This document shows positions 17,281 through 27,624 of a stretch of DNA of 64,000 bases, in pieces (position 1 is the first letter of the stretch; every line of letters begins with the position of its first letter). Origin of the DNA: Candidatus Bruticola sp. (GTDB lineage Bacteria > Vulcanimicrobiota > Xenobia > Xenobiales > Xenobiaceae). The notes beneath the pieces are model-generated. The model had not been told where the DNA came from. It saw only the letters and a list, made by a program, of their open reading frames with translations, and made no database searches. The translations under genes were made by a program, and so were the position numbers. Where the stretch lies: positions 159,759 through 223,758 of the forward strand of contig JBJEGD010000031.1 of NCBI GenBank assembly GCA_051874735.1, read 5' to 3'.

Positions 17281-20136
17281 GTGAACTGTTTACTAAGCTG
17301 GAAATTAAAATTGTCTGCTGTTTTTCAGCGGGAAAATTTAAAAAAGATGAATAGCAGACTGTTTATTGGGCTGCTGGTAATTTTTGTCTATTCTATTGTG
17401 GCCTCTTCTGCTTATGCAGAAGATTTTCCTAAACGGTTGTGCGAACAAGGCAACATACCTGGCGGTACAGTTCGGACAATTATGTTAAGTTCAGGTATTA
17501 AGGCCTTTATTCAGCATGTACCTCGGTCTGAAGCCGCAGGTATAAGCCTTTCAGTTAAGGCTGGATCTGAGTTAGATACTCAAGGATCGTGGGGAAGAGC
17601 TCATTTTTTGGAACATTTGTTGTTTCGTAGAACTGCTCGTTTTTCAGGAGGCAAACTGTCAGTCTCTCTTGATAGCATAGGAGCTGATCGGGGAGCTAGC
17701 ACTACTGAGAACAGTTTAAATTTTTGGGAAGTTGTGCCAAACGGCTCTGCTGAATTAGCTTTACAAATAGAAGCCGATCGTCTGAGCGGTTTAGTTTTTA
17801 CCCCTAGAGAATTAGAACTGGAAAGGCGCTTGCTTATCAAAGAAGTAGCTAAACTCCGTGCTAATCCTTGGCGTTTAGTGCGCCAGCATCTGCTGAGCAG
17901 TCTTTATCCTCATCTGCGTAATGGAGAACTTGTTCCTGATGGTGCTGCTTCCGATATTGCCAGTATAACTGCACAAGAATTAATTGATTTTTATAAGCGC
18001 TATTTTATACCTGGACGTACTTGTATTTATTTTATAACATCGGAACCTTTTAGTTTATCTGAAACGCGATTAGAGCGCCATTTCGGCAAAAATTTAATTA
18101 AAAATAGACAGAATTGGGAGAAACAAGCGGTTATTCTTGAGCAAAATAATAAGAACAGGAAGACATCAGAAGCGGTTGTGCCTGCTTCTTCGCAAGATTT
18201 ACTCTCTAAAAAAGAAACAGATCTTTGTACCTCTAAGAGCAGGCAGGGCATGGCTGTTTTCGCTTGGCCGGCTCCTAAACTCAGTACATCCGACTATGCT
18301 GATTGGCTGGTTCTCAATATTTTGTGGGCCGATAGTTCTGAAGCTTACTTGCAAAAGGTAATTCAAGAGCACGGCCTTACTTCTAAAGTTAAGATTAATT
18401 ATGACGCCGATTTTGGCGATTCTATGTATGTAATTGGAGCTCACTGCACTGCTGGTATATCTCCGCAGAAGGTGGCTGACTTGTTGGAAGAGGCCTTAAG
18501 TAATCCCGATAGCCAAAAATTTGTGGCACTTCATTTAGAAGCGGCTAAAAGGCGGGCGGTGGCTCATTTTTATAAATTGTGGCAAAATTATCAAGATAGG
18601 TTGTGCCTTTTTGAGGATCTAAATTCAGAACATCCTGAGTCTCAGCTTATTTCAGTGCCTGAAGCTATTAAAGCTGTTAATACTGACAGTGTACTTGCTC
18701 TTTGGAATCGCCTAGCGCGTAGTCATCCTCAAACTTATATTTCTGAATCAACTGAATTTTGGAAGTCGTTTTCTGCTTCTCCTGGTCCGCGCAGAGTATT
18801 TGTAAGTTCAGAAGAGGGGTCAGATAAAGTTGCTTCTGCAACTGTGCCCAAGAATGAAAATGACAATACGAATAGTCCTGTTAAACTTTTCTATCTAGAT
18901 AACGGTGTAAAGGTTCAGGTTTGGATTGATAATTCTTTGCCTATTGCGTCTATGCGCGCCTTTTTAGACTGTGGCGAGATATCTCAAGATAAGTTAATCA
19001 AGGCAGCAGCTGAACTGATGGGGCGAAATAGTATAATTCAAAATGGAGAGTCTGTTTCTTTACAAGAAGTTGTGGAGCGCGAAGGTTTTACTCTGAATTT
19101 TGTTCCTCAGCAGAGAGGTATTTCTATTAACGGATGGTGTTGCAGCGATCAACTGCCTCGATTACTGAATTTGCTTGGAGCAGTTTTGAAAAATCCTCAA
19201 TTCTCTACTTCAGATGTTGATAAAATTTTACAGAAGTACAACAAAGAAGATAGCGGTGCTGCAGAGAGCGGTAGATTAAAATCCTTAACAGCAATTATTA
19301 AGGCTGTAAGTGGATCTACACTGAATAATAAAGATCTTGAGATACAGAAAATTTCTGCTTCAGAGCTTCAGGAGAGTATAACAGAACTCATCCATTCAGC
19401 CTCTATTTCTCTAAATTTTTCTGGTTGTGTCAAAACCGAAGAAATTAAGAAAATCTGTCAAGAAGAGTTAGGAGAAGAGAGTGCGTTTCGAGCTGCTGAA
19501 AATGTTTACGGTACCATACGAGCAGAGCAGTCTTTAATTAGAACTAAGGGAAGTAACCTCACTGTAGAAGGAAAGTTCTCTCCGTCAGTTCTTTTAGTCG
19601 GTCAGGTGGCGCCGCCTCCAGGGCACAGAGATTATTTCGCTTATATGACCGCATTGCAAATTTTGGGGGGCAGCAGCAGTTCCCGTTTACCGTTGCGCAT
19701 CGTCCACTTAGAGAAATTGGGCAGTCGCGCTTCAGTCAGCGATATGTCTACCGTTTGCGGTAGGCCTTCCTGGGTAGCCGTTTTTCAAGTTCAAGAAGAT
19801 AAACAGGACAGAGCTTTAGCTATTTTGCGTCAGGAATTGCAACGTTTGCTCCATGGAACTTCTCAAACTGAGTTGGATCGCGCTCTGTCTGCTTGTAAAG
19901 GTCGGCTGCAGATTTCTTGGAGTAGTCCAGACGGCAAAGCTGAATGGTTGCGTTTACAAGGCCCAAGCGCGTCGCTGCCGGAGGAGCATTTGAGAGGTTA
20001 CAGTAAAGTCAGTTTATCGGATATTAAGCGTGTAGCTTCTGTTTGGTTAAACAGCAAAAATTTAATTATCGTTCGGACTCTTAATTCAGCATCAGAACGT
20101 CCACATGGTGCTTCTAATCAAGTGGCTGTCCCCTGA
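17281..20136 (+). CDS. M16 family (pitrilysin/insulinase-like) zinc peptidase, exported
   Basis: GRAHFLEHLLF inverted HxxEH, LQIEADRL, second half with LDNGVKV and QILGGSSSSRL. Start may be ATG 17347. Confidence 0.85.
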   Translation: MNCLLSWKLKLSAVFQRENLKKMNSRLFIGLLVIFVYSIVASSAYAEDFPKRLCEQGNIPGGTVRTIMLSSGIKAFIQHVPRSEAAGISLSVKAGSELDTQGSWGRAHFLEHLLFRRTARFSGGKLSVSLDSIGADRGASTTENSLNFWEVVPNGSAELALQIEADRLSGLVFTPRELELERRLLIKEVAKLRANPWRLVRQHLLSSLYPHLRNGELVPDGAASDIASITAQELIDFYKRYFIPGRTCIYFITSEPFSLSETRLERHFGKNLIKNRQNWEKQAVILEQNNKNRKTSEAVVPASSQDLLSKKETDLCTSKSRQGMAVFAWPAPKLSTSDYADWLVLNILWADSSEAYLQKVIQEHGLTSKVKINYDADFGDSMYVIGAHCTAGISPQKVADLLEEALSNPDSQKFVALHLEAAKRRAVAHFYKLWQNYQDRLCLFEDLNSEHPESQLISVPEAIKAVNTDSVLALWNRLARSHPQTYISESTEFWKSFSASPGPRRVFVSSEEGSDKVASATVPKNENDNTNSPVKLFYLDNGVKVQVWIDNSLPIASMRAFLDCGEISQDKLIKAAAELMGRNSIIQNGESVSLQEVVEREGFTLNFVPQQRGISINGWCCSDQLPRLLNLLGAVLKNPQFSTSDVDKILQKYNKEDSGAAESGRLKSLTAIIKAVSGSTLNNKDLEIQKISASELQESITELIHSASISLNFSGCVKTEEIKKICQEELGEESAFRAAENVYGTIRAEQSLIRTKGSNLTVEGKFSPSVLLVGQVAPPPGHRDYFAYMTALQILGGSSSSRLPLRIVHLEKLGSRASVSDMSTVCGRPSWVAVFQVQEDKQDRALAILRQELQRLLHGTSQTELDRALSACKGRLQISWSSPDGKAEWLRLQGPSASLPEEHLRGYSKVSLSDIKRVASVWLNSKNLIIVRTLNSASERPHGASNQVAVP

Positions 20137-20172
20137 GGTCAGCACCTCTGTAAAAAATTCAAATAAAAAAGT

Positions 20173-20212
20173 AGGCCCCCATCTCCTGCAAAAATTACGG
20201 GAGATGGGGCCT
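20173..20212. terminator. Hairpin between convergent genes
   Basis: AGGCCCCCATCTCCTG..CGGGAGATGGGGCCT, A-run upstream. Confidence 0.7.
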
Positions 20213-20271
20213 CCTTTATGTTTATTAAAAAAATACGCGCAGTCGATACTTGTTACTTAGTAGAAATAAAA

Positions 20272-20865
20272 CTAAGCTTCAGCTTTCATCGATCTTAAAT
20301 TGTGAATCAAGAACTCCATTATAGCCCTGGCCATAGGCAAAATTTTCTCTTCTAAGATGCGCACCAATGCCGATCGCATATTGTCAAGGTTATGAGCGGT
20401 CGCATACGCAATAACATTCTCGTCGGAGAGCCATTCCATGGTAGGTACAAAGTAACCAACTTCAATAAAGAAGCGATCGCTCTTGCCTGCATCTTTGGAT
20501 GGACGTACACTCAGACTATGAAGACTGTCGCCATAGACGCCTGCTTTCAAAATTTGCAGCACTTCCTTTTTAACGCGATCTATTACATCGGCTTCAACAA
20601 CCTTTTTGTCCGTAACTTCGGTAGGTTCTTTATCTTGATCGATACTGGCATACGGAGCGGAGAAGAGGAGTATATTACCTTTTCCGTCTTCGGAAACTTC
20701 CGTTTTTTCAAAAGCGAAAGTTTTGGAACTTTCTATATCAAGAAATCTGAGGCCGCCTAATTTGGTAGGACTGCCCTGGGCTACGTAATCACGGAATATT
20801 TGCGTTAAAACGACATTGATCTGATCGGCGATGCGGTTCAGGTTCAGATTATTTTGTGCTGACAC
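20272..20865 (-). CDS. Hypothetical cytoplasmic protein
   Basis: Long ORF with natural composition; GAGGT SD before GTG 20865 (track start 21027 less likely). Confidence 0.65.
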   Translation of the reverse strand: MSAQNNLNLNRIADQINVVLTQIFRDYVAQGSPTKLGGLRFLDIESSKTFAFEKTEVSEDGKGNILLFSAPYASIDQDKEPTEVTDKKVVEADVIDRVKKEVLQILKAGVYGDSLHSLSVRPSKDAGKSDRFFIEVGYFVPTMEWLSDENVIAYATAHNLDNMRSALVRILEEKILPMARAIMEFLIHNLRSMKAEA

Positions 20866-21184
20866 TTTTTGTCTACCTCTTGCATGCTCTCCACAATAAA
20901 ACTGAGGAATTGTAGCATATTTGCGAACTTTAGCCCGCAGACTGCGGGCCCGCTTTAGATACTGCCCGCATCTAAAAAGCGGGAGCATTTGGGGAAACAC
21001 CCCATTTTTCCATAAGTTCCTAAACAATTCTGCATATCTATTTTCAGTCCTGCTTATCTATATCTGCATTTATCTGTAAAAACAGTGGGCTAAACTGCAG
21101 TCTGGATCCAATAAGGCAGATTATCAAGGATTTTTAAGAAGCTATCTTGAGAATGACGCCAATTCTATATCTTGCATACAGCGG

Positions 21185-21233
21185 TAAAGTCCGGCTTTAC
21201 ACTGCTGGCTAAGCAGTATAAAGCCGGACTTTA
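21185..21233. terminator. 22-bp hairpin downstream of threonine synthase
   Basis: TAAAGTCCGGCTTTACACTGCT-ggcta-AGCAGTATAAAGCCGGACTTTA. Confidence 0.7.
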
Positions 21234-21289
21234 TTTTATAAGCAGATATTTACAGTTAATTTGTCTTTTAACTTAATTGAGGACTATAG

Positions 21290-22549
21290 TCAGATATTAA
21301 GCAGCTGACGGAGAGTATTTTTAAGTGCCGCAGGATCGCGATCAATAGAAACTGCAGAAGTGCGCAGAGCTTTCATCGCTCCATCGACATCTTTAAGTCC
21401 ATTGCCCGTAATTAAGGCTACAACTTTAGCATCGGCGGGGATTAAATTCTCTTTCCTAGCTTTAATAAGACCGGCGATAGGAGTAGCTCCAGCCGGTTCG
21501 GCGAAGACGCCTGCGTTGGCTGCCAATAGGGCCTGTCCGTTCTTTATTTCATCGTCTTCAACAACTATGAATTGTCCTCCGGACTCCCGGACGCCGCGTA
21601 GGGCTAAAGAAGCTGCTCTGGGCATTCCTACGCTTATTGAATCGGCATAAGTGTCGGCGTTGGGATCTGCTTCTACTTTTCCGCCATTAGCAAAAGCTTT
21701 GGCCAGTACTGAAGAACCTCGGGCCTGGACGCCGATGAGCTTAGGTAGTTTATCAATAAGCCCCATACGCTTAAGATCGAGGAAACCTTTACCTAAACCG
21801 CCGATGATGCAGCCGTCGCCCACAGAGACCGCCACATAATCGGGAGCTTGATAACCACAGTTTTCCCAAATTTCTAATGCTGCTGTTTTTTTGCCCTCTA
21901 AAAGGTAGGGATTAAAGCCGGTATTGCGGTTATACCATCCGAAATCTTTGGTGGCTTGCAGAGAAAGCTCGAAAGCATCGTCGTAGGTGCCTCGCACAGA
22001 CAGAACGGTGGCGCCGAACATCAGCAACTGAGCGACTTTGGCTTTAGGAGCTCTTTCAGGTACAAAAATTATAGTTTTCAAGCCTAAAGAAGCGCACATA
22101 CCTGAAAGAGAAGAGGCCGCATTGCCGGTGGAGGCGGCCGTAATCAAATTTAAGCCCATTTCTTGAGCTGAGGCGGCGCAAACGGCACTGGCCCGATCTT
22201 TGAGTGATCCTGTAGGATTCTGACCGTCATCTTTAAGGTAAAGATGATTAAAGCCAATGGCTTGACCTAGGCGTTCTGCACTGTAAAAGGGAGTTTGACC
22301 TACACGAAGAGGAGGCAGACTGTCAGCACTGTGTAAAGGCAAAATGGGGGCCCATTTAGCTAAGCCGGAAGCTTTATTCTGACTTAACCGTTCAGGAGTC
22401 AGCATTTGTGACGCCTGTTGGTAATCGTACAGCACTTCTAAAATTCCGTCATTACCACAATCTTCACAGGTATAACGAAAACTATTAGGACTATAACTGC
22501 GCTGGCATATGGAGCAACGCAATTCTGTTACAGGAAAAGTATTTGTCAT
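21290..22549 (-). CDS. thrC: Threonine synthase
   Basis: N-terminal CxxC..CxxC, NPTGSLKDRAS (PLP lysine), ASTGNAA, EGKKT, VGDG, EPAG, ITGNGLKD. Confidence 0.88.
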   Translation of the reverse strand: MTNTFPVTELRCSICQRSYSPNSFRYTCEDCGNDGILEVLYDYQQASQMLTPERLSQNKASGLAKWAPILPLHSADSLPPLRVGQTPFYSAERLGQAIGFNHLYLKDDGQNPTGSLKDRASAVCAASAQEMGLNLITAASTGNAASSLSGMCASLGLKTIIFVPERAPKAKVAQLLMFGATVLSVRGTYDDAFELSLQATKDFGWYNRNTGFNPYLLEGKKTAALEIWENCGYQAPDYVAVSVGDGCIIGGLGKGFLDLKRMGLIDKLPKLIGVQARGSSVLAKAFANGGKVEADPNADTYADSISVGMPRAASLALRGVRESGGQFIVVEDDEIKNGQALLAANAGVFAEPAGATPIAGLIKARKENLIPADAKVVALITGNGLKDVDGAMKALRTSAVSIDRDPAALKNTLRQLLNI

Positions 22550-22677
22550 AGTCGCCCTGAGTTCGATTTTTTATGTCGTCTACCTTGCTAAAAATGTTTA
22601 ATAGTGCTCTAATATACAGGTTTATTTTCATTAAGTATGCAGGTTACAGCTTTTTCTGCTATAAAATAGGCGGAATT

Positions 22678-23895
22678 ATGAATTTTCGTTTTTTGTCAAC
22701 GATATTTGTGGTTGCTTTAAGTACAGCTTGCTTCTTTGCTCCCGATGGGGCGTCAGCTTATCCTTGTGACTCTCACGACGAGATAGTTTCGGCTTCGTCT
22801 TCTAATCCGTCAGATGAAAGTTCGGATCAAAAACCTCGCCAAGCGATAGCTGCGCTGTCAAATAAGACTGGCTCCGAATTAGAGTCTAAAAATAGTGAAT
22901 CAGCTTCAAAAAATGGAGGGCGTGCATCCCAATCTGCTGTGGGTGGCAAGTGGAAGTTCGGTGGTAAAGCAGAATTGGAATTTTCTAATTCTAAATATCC
23001 CAGTATAGTAAACAACGAACGCGGTTCTGACATGCTCATGTATGAAACTGACAAGCTCATGCCTAAACTGGAGTTCAATGCCAAATATACTAATGAAAGT
23101 TTCCTTTTCTATACTAAGGCCCGCTATCGCTTCGATAAAAATAAAATTGAGCTGCAGGATTGTTACGCTCACATCCCCCTGGGAACCAAGCAAAAATTAG
23201 TACTTGGTCGCTTCAAAACGCGTTTTGGTATAGAAAGATCGCAGTCTAGTAGTAAGGTGCTCACTTGTAATCCCAGTGCTGTTAGTGAGGCTATGTACTT
23301 AGGGCGTGCTTGGGGAGCTAGTTTCGAATTTGAGAGCAAAAGGGGCGATCAGCTGATGCTTGGTCTAATGAATGAGCATAATAATCATCGCTTTACTAGT
23401 TCAGATAACGATTTATTTGCTCGTGGACGGGTACGTATTTCTGATCATGCCTATTTAGGAGCCTCCTTTTTGGCCGGACGCCACAGCTTTAGTGAAGGCC
23501 ATTCTTTGCCAGTGCAGCGCTTAGGCTTTGATTATCAACTGAAAACGGATGATTTACGTATAGATTCTGAAATAATTTACGGTCATGGCTATAACGGCAT
23601 TCAAGAGGTGAGTAGCCGTTCTTTAGGTTCTTATGTTGGCACAGCTTATACATTAGACAAAAATTGGGATATAGTAGGTTTTGTCGATTGGTTCGATCCC
23701 AACTTAGATTTGTGCAACGATAGTCTTTACAACGACGAAATTAACGCTGCTTTGCGTTATGTGGTTGGCGTAAATTATTATTTAGACCGCAGCAAAGATC
23801 GACGGATTATGTTTAATTACGAGTGGAAGTCTCCTACAGAAGGTCCCAAAGTTAGCTCAAACGGTATTTATATGCGTTGGAGTTATGAATTTTGA
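22678..23895 (+). CDS. Outer-membrane porin, OprO/OprP (phosphate-selective)-like
   Basis: Signal peptide, LQDCYA..LVLGRFKTRFGIERSQSS, alternating beta-strand pattern, GVNYYL, C-terminal YEF. Confidence 0.75.
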   Translation: MNFRFLSTIFVVALSTACFFAPDGASAYPCDSHDEIVSASSSNPSDESSDQKPRQAIAALSNKTGSELESKNSESASKNGGRASQSAVGGKWKFGGKAELEFSNSKYPSIVNNERGSDMLMYETDKLMPKLEFNAKYTNESFLFYTKARYRFDKNKIELQDCYAHIPLGTKQKLVLGRFKTRFGIERSQSSSKVLTCNPSAVSEAMYLGRAWGASFEFESKRGDQLMLGLMNEHNNHRFTSSDNDLFARGRVRISDHAYLGASFLAGRHSFSEGHSLPVQRLGFDYQLKTDDLRIDSEIIYGHGYNGIQEVSSRSLGSYVGTAYTLDKNWDIVGFVDWFDPNLDLCNDSLYNDEINAALRYVVGVNYYLDRSKDRRIMFNYEWKSPTEGPKVSSNGIYMRWSYEF

Positions 23896-24003
23896 CAGTT
23901 TTTTTATAGGTGAAGAGTTATATATAGTAAAATATATCGGTGCAGTTTGTCGTGCTGCAGCGTTATTTAATGTTAAGTATTAACTAAACGGAGATGGAGA
24001 AAT

Positions 24004-25071
24004 ATGAGCCATAACGATGAAAACCGGAATCTTAAGCTTACGCAGATGTGCTCCTGTGCCGGTTGTGCTGCCAAAATTAAGGCCCAAGATTTAGAAGAGC
24101 TGCTGAAGAAAGTAAATTATCCTCTAGATAGCAGAGCCCTAGCCGGACAAAGCAGCGGAGATGATGCTGTAGTTGTTAAGTTAAATGAAAATCAAGCCTT
24201 AGTTCAAACCATTGACTTTTTTACTCCTGTAGTAGATGATCCACTGCGTTTTGGCCGTATTGCTGCAGCTAATGCCCTGTCCGATGTTTACGCTATGGGT
24301 GGCGTACCATTTACAGCGATGAATGTGGCTTGTTTCCCAATGAAAACTATGGGGGTGGAAATCTTAAGTCTTATTCTTAAGGGAGGCTTGGAAAAGGTTC
24401 TTGAGGCTGGAGCGGTAATGGCTGGGGGACACACCGTTGAAGATCCTGAGCCTAAGTTCGGTTTAGCCGTTACTGGTCTGATCGATCCTAATAAAATGGT
24501 ACGCAAAGATGGAGCTCGTCCCGGCGATGTTTTAATTCTCACCAAGCCACTGGGAACTGGGGTTTTGAATACCGCTCATAAATTCCGCGATATCTCTCCC
24601 GATGAGTTAGAGTGGGTTATGCAGTCTATGGAAATGCTGAATAAAAACGCCTCAGAAGCTATGGTGGCTGTAGGCGCCCAGGCTGGCACAGATGTAACTG
24701 GTTACGGTTTATTAGGTCACAGCTTGGAAATGGCTAGAAATTCAAATACAGTTTTTGAATTCCAGTCTGAAGCTATTCCCTGGTTGCCTGGAGCACAAGG
24801 AGCCTACTTAAGAGGAAATATTCCAGGAGGATCGGTTGCTAATCTTAAGTATGTCAGGCCCTATTTAGAGGTAGTAGGAACGGTAGCTGAACCGATTCTC
24901 GGTTTGATGGCCGATGCTCAAACTTCCGGTGGACTTTTAATTGCTGTTTCAGAAGAAAAAGTAGATGAACTTCTTAAACGTCTGCCAGAATTTTTCAGCG
25001 CTCCAGCTGTCATCGGTATGGTGTTGGCCAAAGAGAGTAATGACAGCACTTATTTACGTATTCGCGGTTAA
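24004..25071 (+). CDS. selD: Selenide, water dikinase (Cys-containing)
   Basis: LTQMCSCAGCAAK, DDA, QTIDFFTPVVDDP, AANALSDVYAMGG, GGHT, TDVTGYGLLGH, DAQTSGGLL. Confidence 0.96.
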   Translation: MSHNDENRNLKLTQMCSCAGCAAKIKAQDLEELLKKVNYPLDSRALAGQSSGDDAVVVKLNENQALVQTIDFFTPVVDDPLRFGRIAAANALSDVYAMGGVPFTAMNVACFPMKTMGVEILSLILKGGLEKVLEAGAVMAGGHTVEDPEPKFGLAVTGLIDPNKMVRKDGARPGDVLILTKPLGTGVLNTAHKFRDISPDELEWVMQSMEMLNKNASEAMVAVGAQAGTDVTGYGLLGHSLEMARNSNTVFEFQSEAIPWLPGAQGAYLRGNIPGGSVANLKYVRPYLEVVGTVAEPILGLMADAQTSGGLLIAVSEEKVDELLKRLPEFFSAPAVIGMVLAKESNDSTYLRIRG

Positions 25072-25110
25072 CGTCTGTTTTCTGATTATATCATTGGTCT
25101 TGGGGTTTTA

Positions 25111-26199
25111 ATGGCAAGAAGCGGTTTTAAAGGAAGAGAACGAGTGTGGCAGAGCTATTCAAAAAAGCTTTGGACGCGCATTCTTAAAGATTGCAAAGCA
25201 GGGCTTATCGAAGTTCGAGCCGATTTGCACTGGTTTCACAAAATGTTTGAAGCCGATCCTGAGTTTCAAGTGGAAATTTTTGGCCGATCGTATCCTGAAG
25301 TTAAGCAAAAGCTCGCCCCTTGGGCTCCCTTTCGCATAGGTTTGCTGATTATATCATTATTCATAGGCACTTATGGCGCTTATGAATTTTGCCAAAACTT
25401 TTTTAAAAATAATTCAGTTTGTCTGATTTTAGCGGCCGCTCTTGCTGTTATGGCTGTTACTGTCTTTGTAAGTCACGTTAAATCAGTTTATGAAGATCCC
25501 AAAGATTTGCCTTTGATAGGCGTATATTTGTTAGCTTTCTTGCTGTCTTCAATTCTGTTGCAATCTTCAAAATTCTTAATAGTGGCTTTACTTTTATTCC
25601 TATGTTCGCTCGTGTTGGCCAATGTAGAGTTATGGATATTGCGCAAATGTATTATTAAATTGATCTGTTCAGATTATGAATTTTTTAAACAGAGTTCCGG
25701 ACGTCCTAATGAAAGTAATGAGAGGCCACCTATATGTTTTTTAAAGTTCGCTGGTGAGGAGCAACGGCCGTTAGTTTGGGATGAACATAGCAATCCTGCT
25801 TTGCCTGAATCGATTACCAGAGTAATGAACAGTATTATTTGGGGGCCGCGCTTCGATATATTTTTATCTAAAACATCAGCTCAAGTCTTAGTTTTTATTG
25901 CTGCGGCTTTGATCGCTTTACCTAGTGAAGAATTAACCGTAGAAAAAGCTGTTATATTTGTTGTCTGTGCAGCTCTAGGATTAACGGTGTTTACTACTTA
26001 TTTGTGTCCGTCTTCTTATTACGCAGAATACCGAGAACAGACGGAGAGAGAAAAAAGACGCACTTATGAGGAGCCAACGCAACTGTCCATCCATTTAACC
26101 TGGATAGTTAAAAATACTTTATGGACAGCTATTTGCATTGCTTTTTGGACTTGGCTGCTGCAGTGGATACGCGTAATGATACCTACTATTTCTTCTTAA
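25111..26199 (+). CDS. Hypothetical multi-pass membrane protein
   Basis: About 7 hydrophobic segments; no recognised motif. Confidence 0.65.
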   Translation: MARSGFKGRERVWQSYSKKLWTRILKDCKAGLIEVRADLHWFHKMFEADPEFQVEIFGRSYPEVKQKLAPWAPFRIGLLIISLFIGTYGAYEFCQNFFKNNSVCLILAAALAVMAVTVFVSHVKSVYEDPKDLPLIGVYLLAFLLSSILLQSSKFLIVALLLFLCSLVLANVELWILRKCIIKLICSDYEFFKQSSGRPNESNERPPICFLKFAGEEQRPLVWDEHSNPALPESITRVMNSIIWGPRFDIFLSKTSAQVLVFIAAALIALPSEELTVEKAVIFVVCAALGLTVFTTYLCPSSYYAEYREQTEREKRRTYEEPTQLSIHLTWIVKNTLWTAICIAFWTWLLQWIRVMIPTISS

Positions 26200-26203
26200 A
26201 GCG

Positions 26204-26232
26204 TTGCTTTAGGTTGTTTTTTTTGCTATAAT
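26204..26232 (+). promoter_or_regulatory. Sigma70 promoter of rpsF-ssb-rpsR
   Basis: TTGCTT-N17-TATAAT with extended -10 TG. Confidence 0.8.
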
Positions 26233-26433
26233 GCCCACCGTGCAGCTCTATAAGAGCGTTGCTTCCTGCCTATGTGTATGGTTGGGGAGCTCTTCCTGCC
26301 CGTATAGGAACGTGTTGTAGAGACAACAGATCGGTTTGTTCTGTGATGTTTAGCAGTTGTAAATCCTTGTCAGGATTATATTTTTTCCGTTCGTTGTGCG
26401 GGCCTGAAAGGCCGAAGGAAGGAGGTTTGCGCT

Positions 26434-26721
26434 GTGCGCAAATACGAAATTACTTATATCCTCACTCCCGATTTTAGTGAGGAAACTGTCGCCGCTAAGG
26501 CTGAGCAGTATCAAAATCAGGTAATCAACGAGGGCGGTCAGGTCGTCAACGTTAATAACTGGGGCAAGCGCCGCTTTGCTTACGAAGTCAATGGAAAAGC
26601 CGAAGGCTACTATGTAACTATGCGTTTCGATGCTGAGAGCGCTGTAGCTGATGAACTTCGCCGCGTTATGAAGAACAGCGACGAAGTACTGCGCTGCATG
26701 GTAGTAAACGCTCGCTGGTAG
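26434..26721 (+). CDS. rpsF: 30S ribosomal protein S6
   Basis: MRKYEITYIL..WGKRRFAYEV..GYY; GGAGG SD; conserved operon. Confidence 0.97.
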   Translation: MRKYEITYILTPDFSEETVAAKAEQYQNQVINEGGQVVNVNNWGKRRFAYEVNGKAEGYYVTMRFDAESAVADELRRVMKNSDEVLRCMVVNARW

Positions 26722-26798
26722 TTTTTTTAGCTAAAAAGGAATTTACAGACCGTAAAATTCACTTTCGAGTGAAGTATTTATTGTGGAGGGTATTATAA

Positions 26799-27239
26799 AT
26801 GTCAGTACTCAACCGAGTTATCCTTATTGGTCGTCTGGTACGTGACCCGGAAGTTAGGACTACTCCTTCCGGCAAGCAAACTGCTCGTTTTACCCTCGCT
26901 GTAGATCGCCGCAGCAGAAATTCTGAGAAGAGTGCCGATTTTATTCCTATCACTACTTGGGAGTCGGTGGCTAATTTCTGCGCTAACTACCTTCGCAAAG
27001 GACGTCAGGTAGCTGTAGAAGGACGACTGCAGATAAATACTAAGGAAGAAAATGGAACTTACCGCACATTCGTTGAAGTGGTTGCCGATGATGTGCAGGC
27101 TTTAGGAAGTAAGTCCGACGTACAGCCTGCTGCTGTTGGTGGTTCCAACTCGTACTCGTCTTCCGCTGCTCCCGATCCTTTAAATGATGGATTGGATGAC
27201 GACTTCGGCGGCGAGAGCGATATGGATGTTCCTTTTTAG
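26799..27239 (+). CDS. ssb: Single-stranded DNA-binding protein
   Basis: NRVILIGRLVRDPE, KGRQVAVEGRLQ, acidic tail DMDVPF. Confidence 0.97.
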   Translation: MSVLNRVILIGRLVRDPEVRTTPSGKQTARFTLAVDRRSRNSEKSADFIPITTWESVANFCANYLRKGRQVAVEGRLQINTKEENGTYRTFVEVVADDVQALGSKSDVQPAAVGGSNSYSSSAAPDPLNDGLDDDFGGESDMDVPF

Positions 27240-27297
27240 TCAATGCTGAGATAATTTTTTCCCTTTGTGGGGTTTTGTTTAAATTCGGAGGTTCACT

Positions 27298-27531
27298 ATG
27301 GCTCGTGGAGAGCGCCGAGGCCGCAGGCCTCGCAGGAAGGTTTGTCATTTCTGCGCTAACAAGATTGAAGAGATCGATTACAAGGAAGTCGCCACTTTGC
27401 GCAAGTATACTAGCGAGCGCGGTAAAATTTTGCCCCGCCGCATTTCCGGAACTTGTGCCCGCCATCAGCGTATGGTCACTTCCGCTGTGAAGAGAGCCCG
27501 TTATATCGCTTTGCTGCCTTACACCGTATAA
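27298..27531 (+). CDS. rpsR: 30S ribosomal protein S18 (Zn-binding form)
   Basis: [29 protein letters not shown]. Confidence 0.97.
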   Translation: MARGERRGRRPRRKVCHFCANKIEEIDYKEVATLRKYTSERGKILPRRISGTCARHQRMVTSAVKRARYIALLPYTV

Positions 27532-27550
27532 TCGATATAATTGCTCCTTG

Positions 27551-27603
27551 AAAGCGGTCTCCCTTGTTATCGTTTCCGATAAAAGTGGGAGGTCGCTTTT
27601 TTT
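27551..27603 (+). terminator. Intrinsic terminator after rpsR
   Basis: AAAGCGGTCTCCC..GGGAGGTCGCTTTTTT. Confidence 0.75.
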
Positions 27604-27624
27604 ATTAATTATGGAGGTCTATCA

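Noticed and set aside
24040-24080. Selenocysteine (TGA) in SelD
   Set aside because: The active-site codons read TGT/TGC; there is no in-frame TGA.
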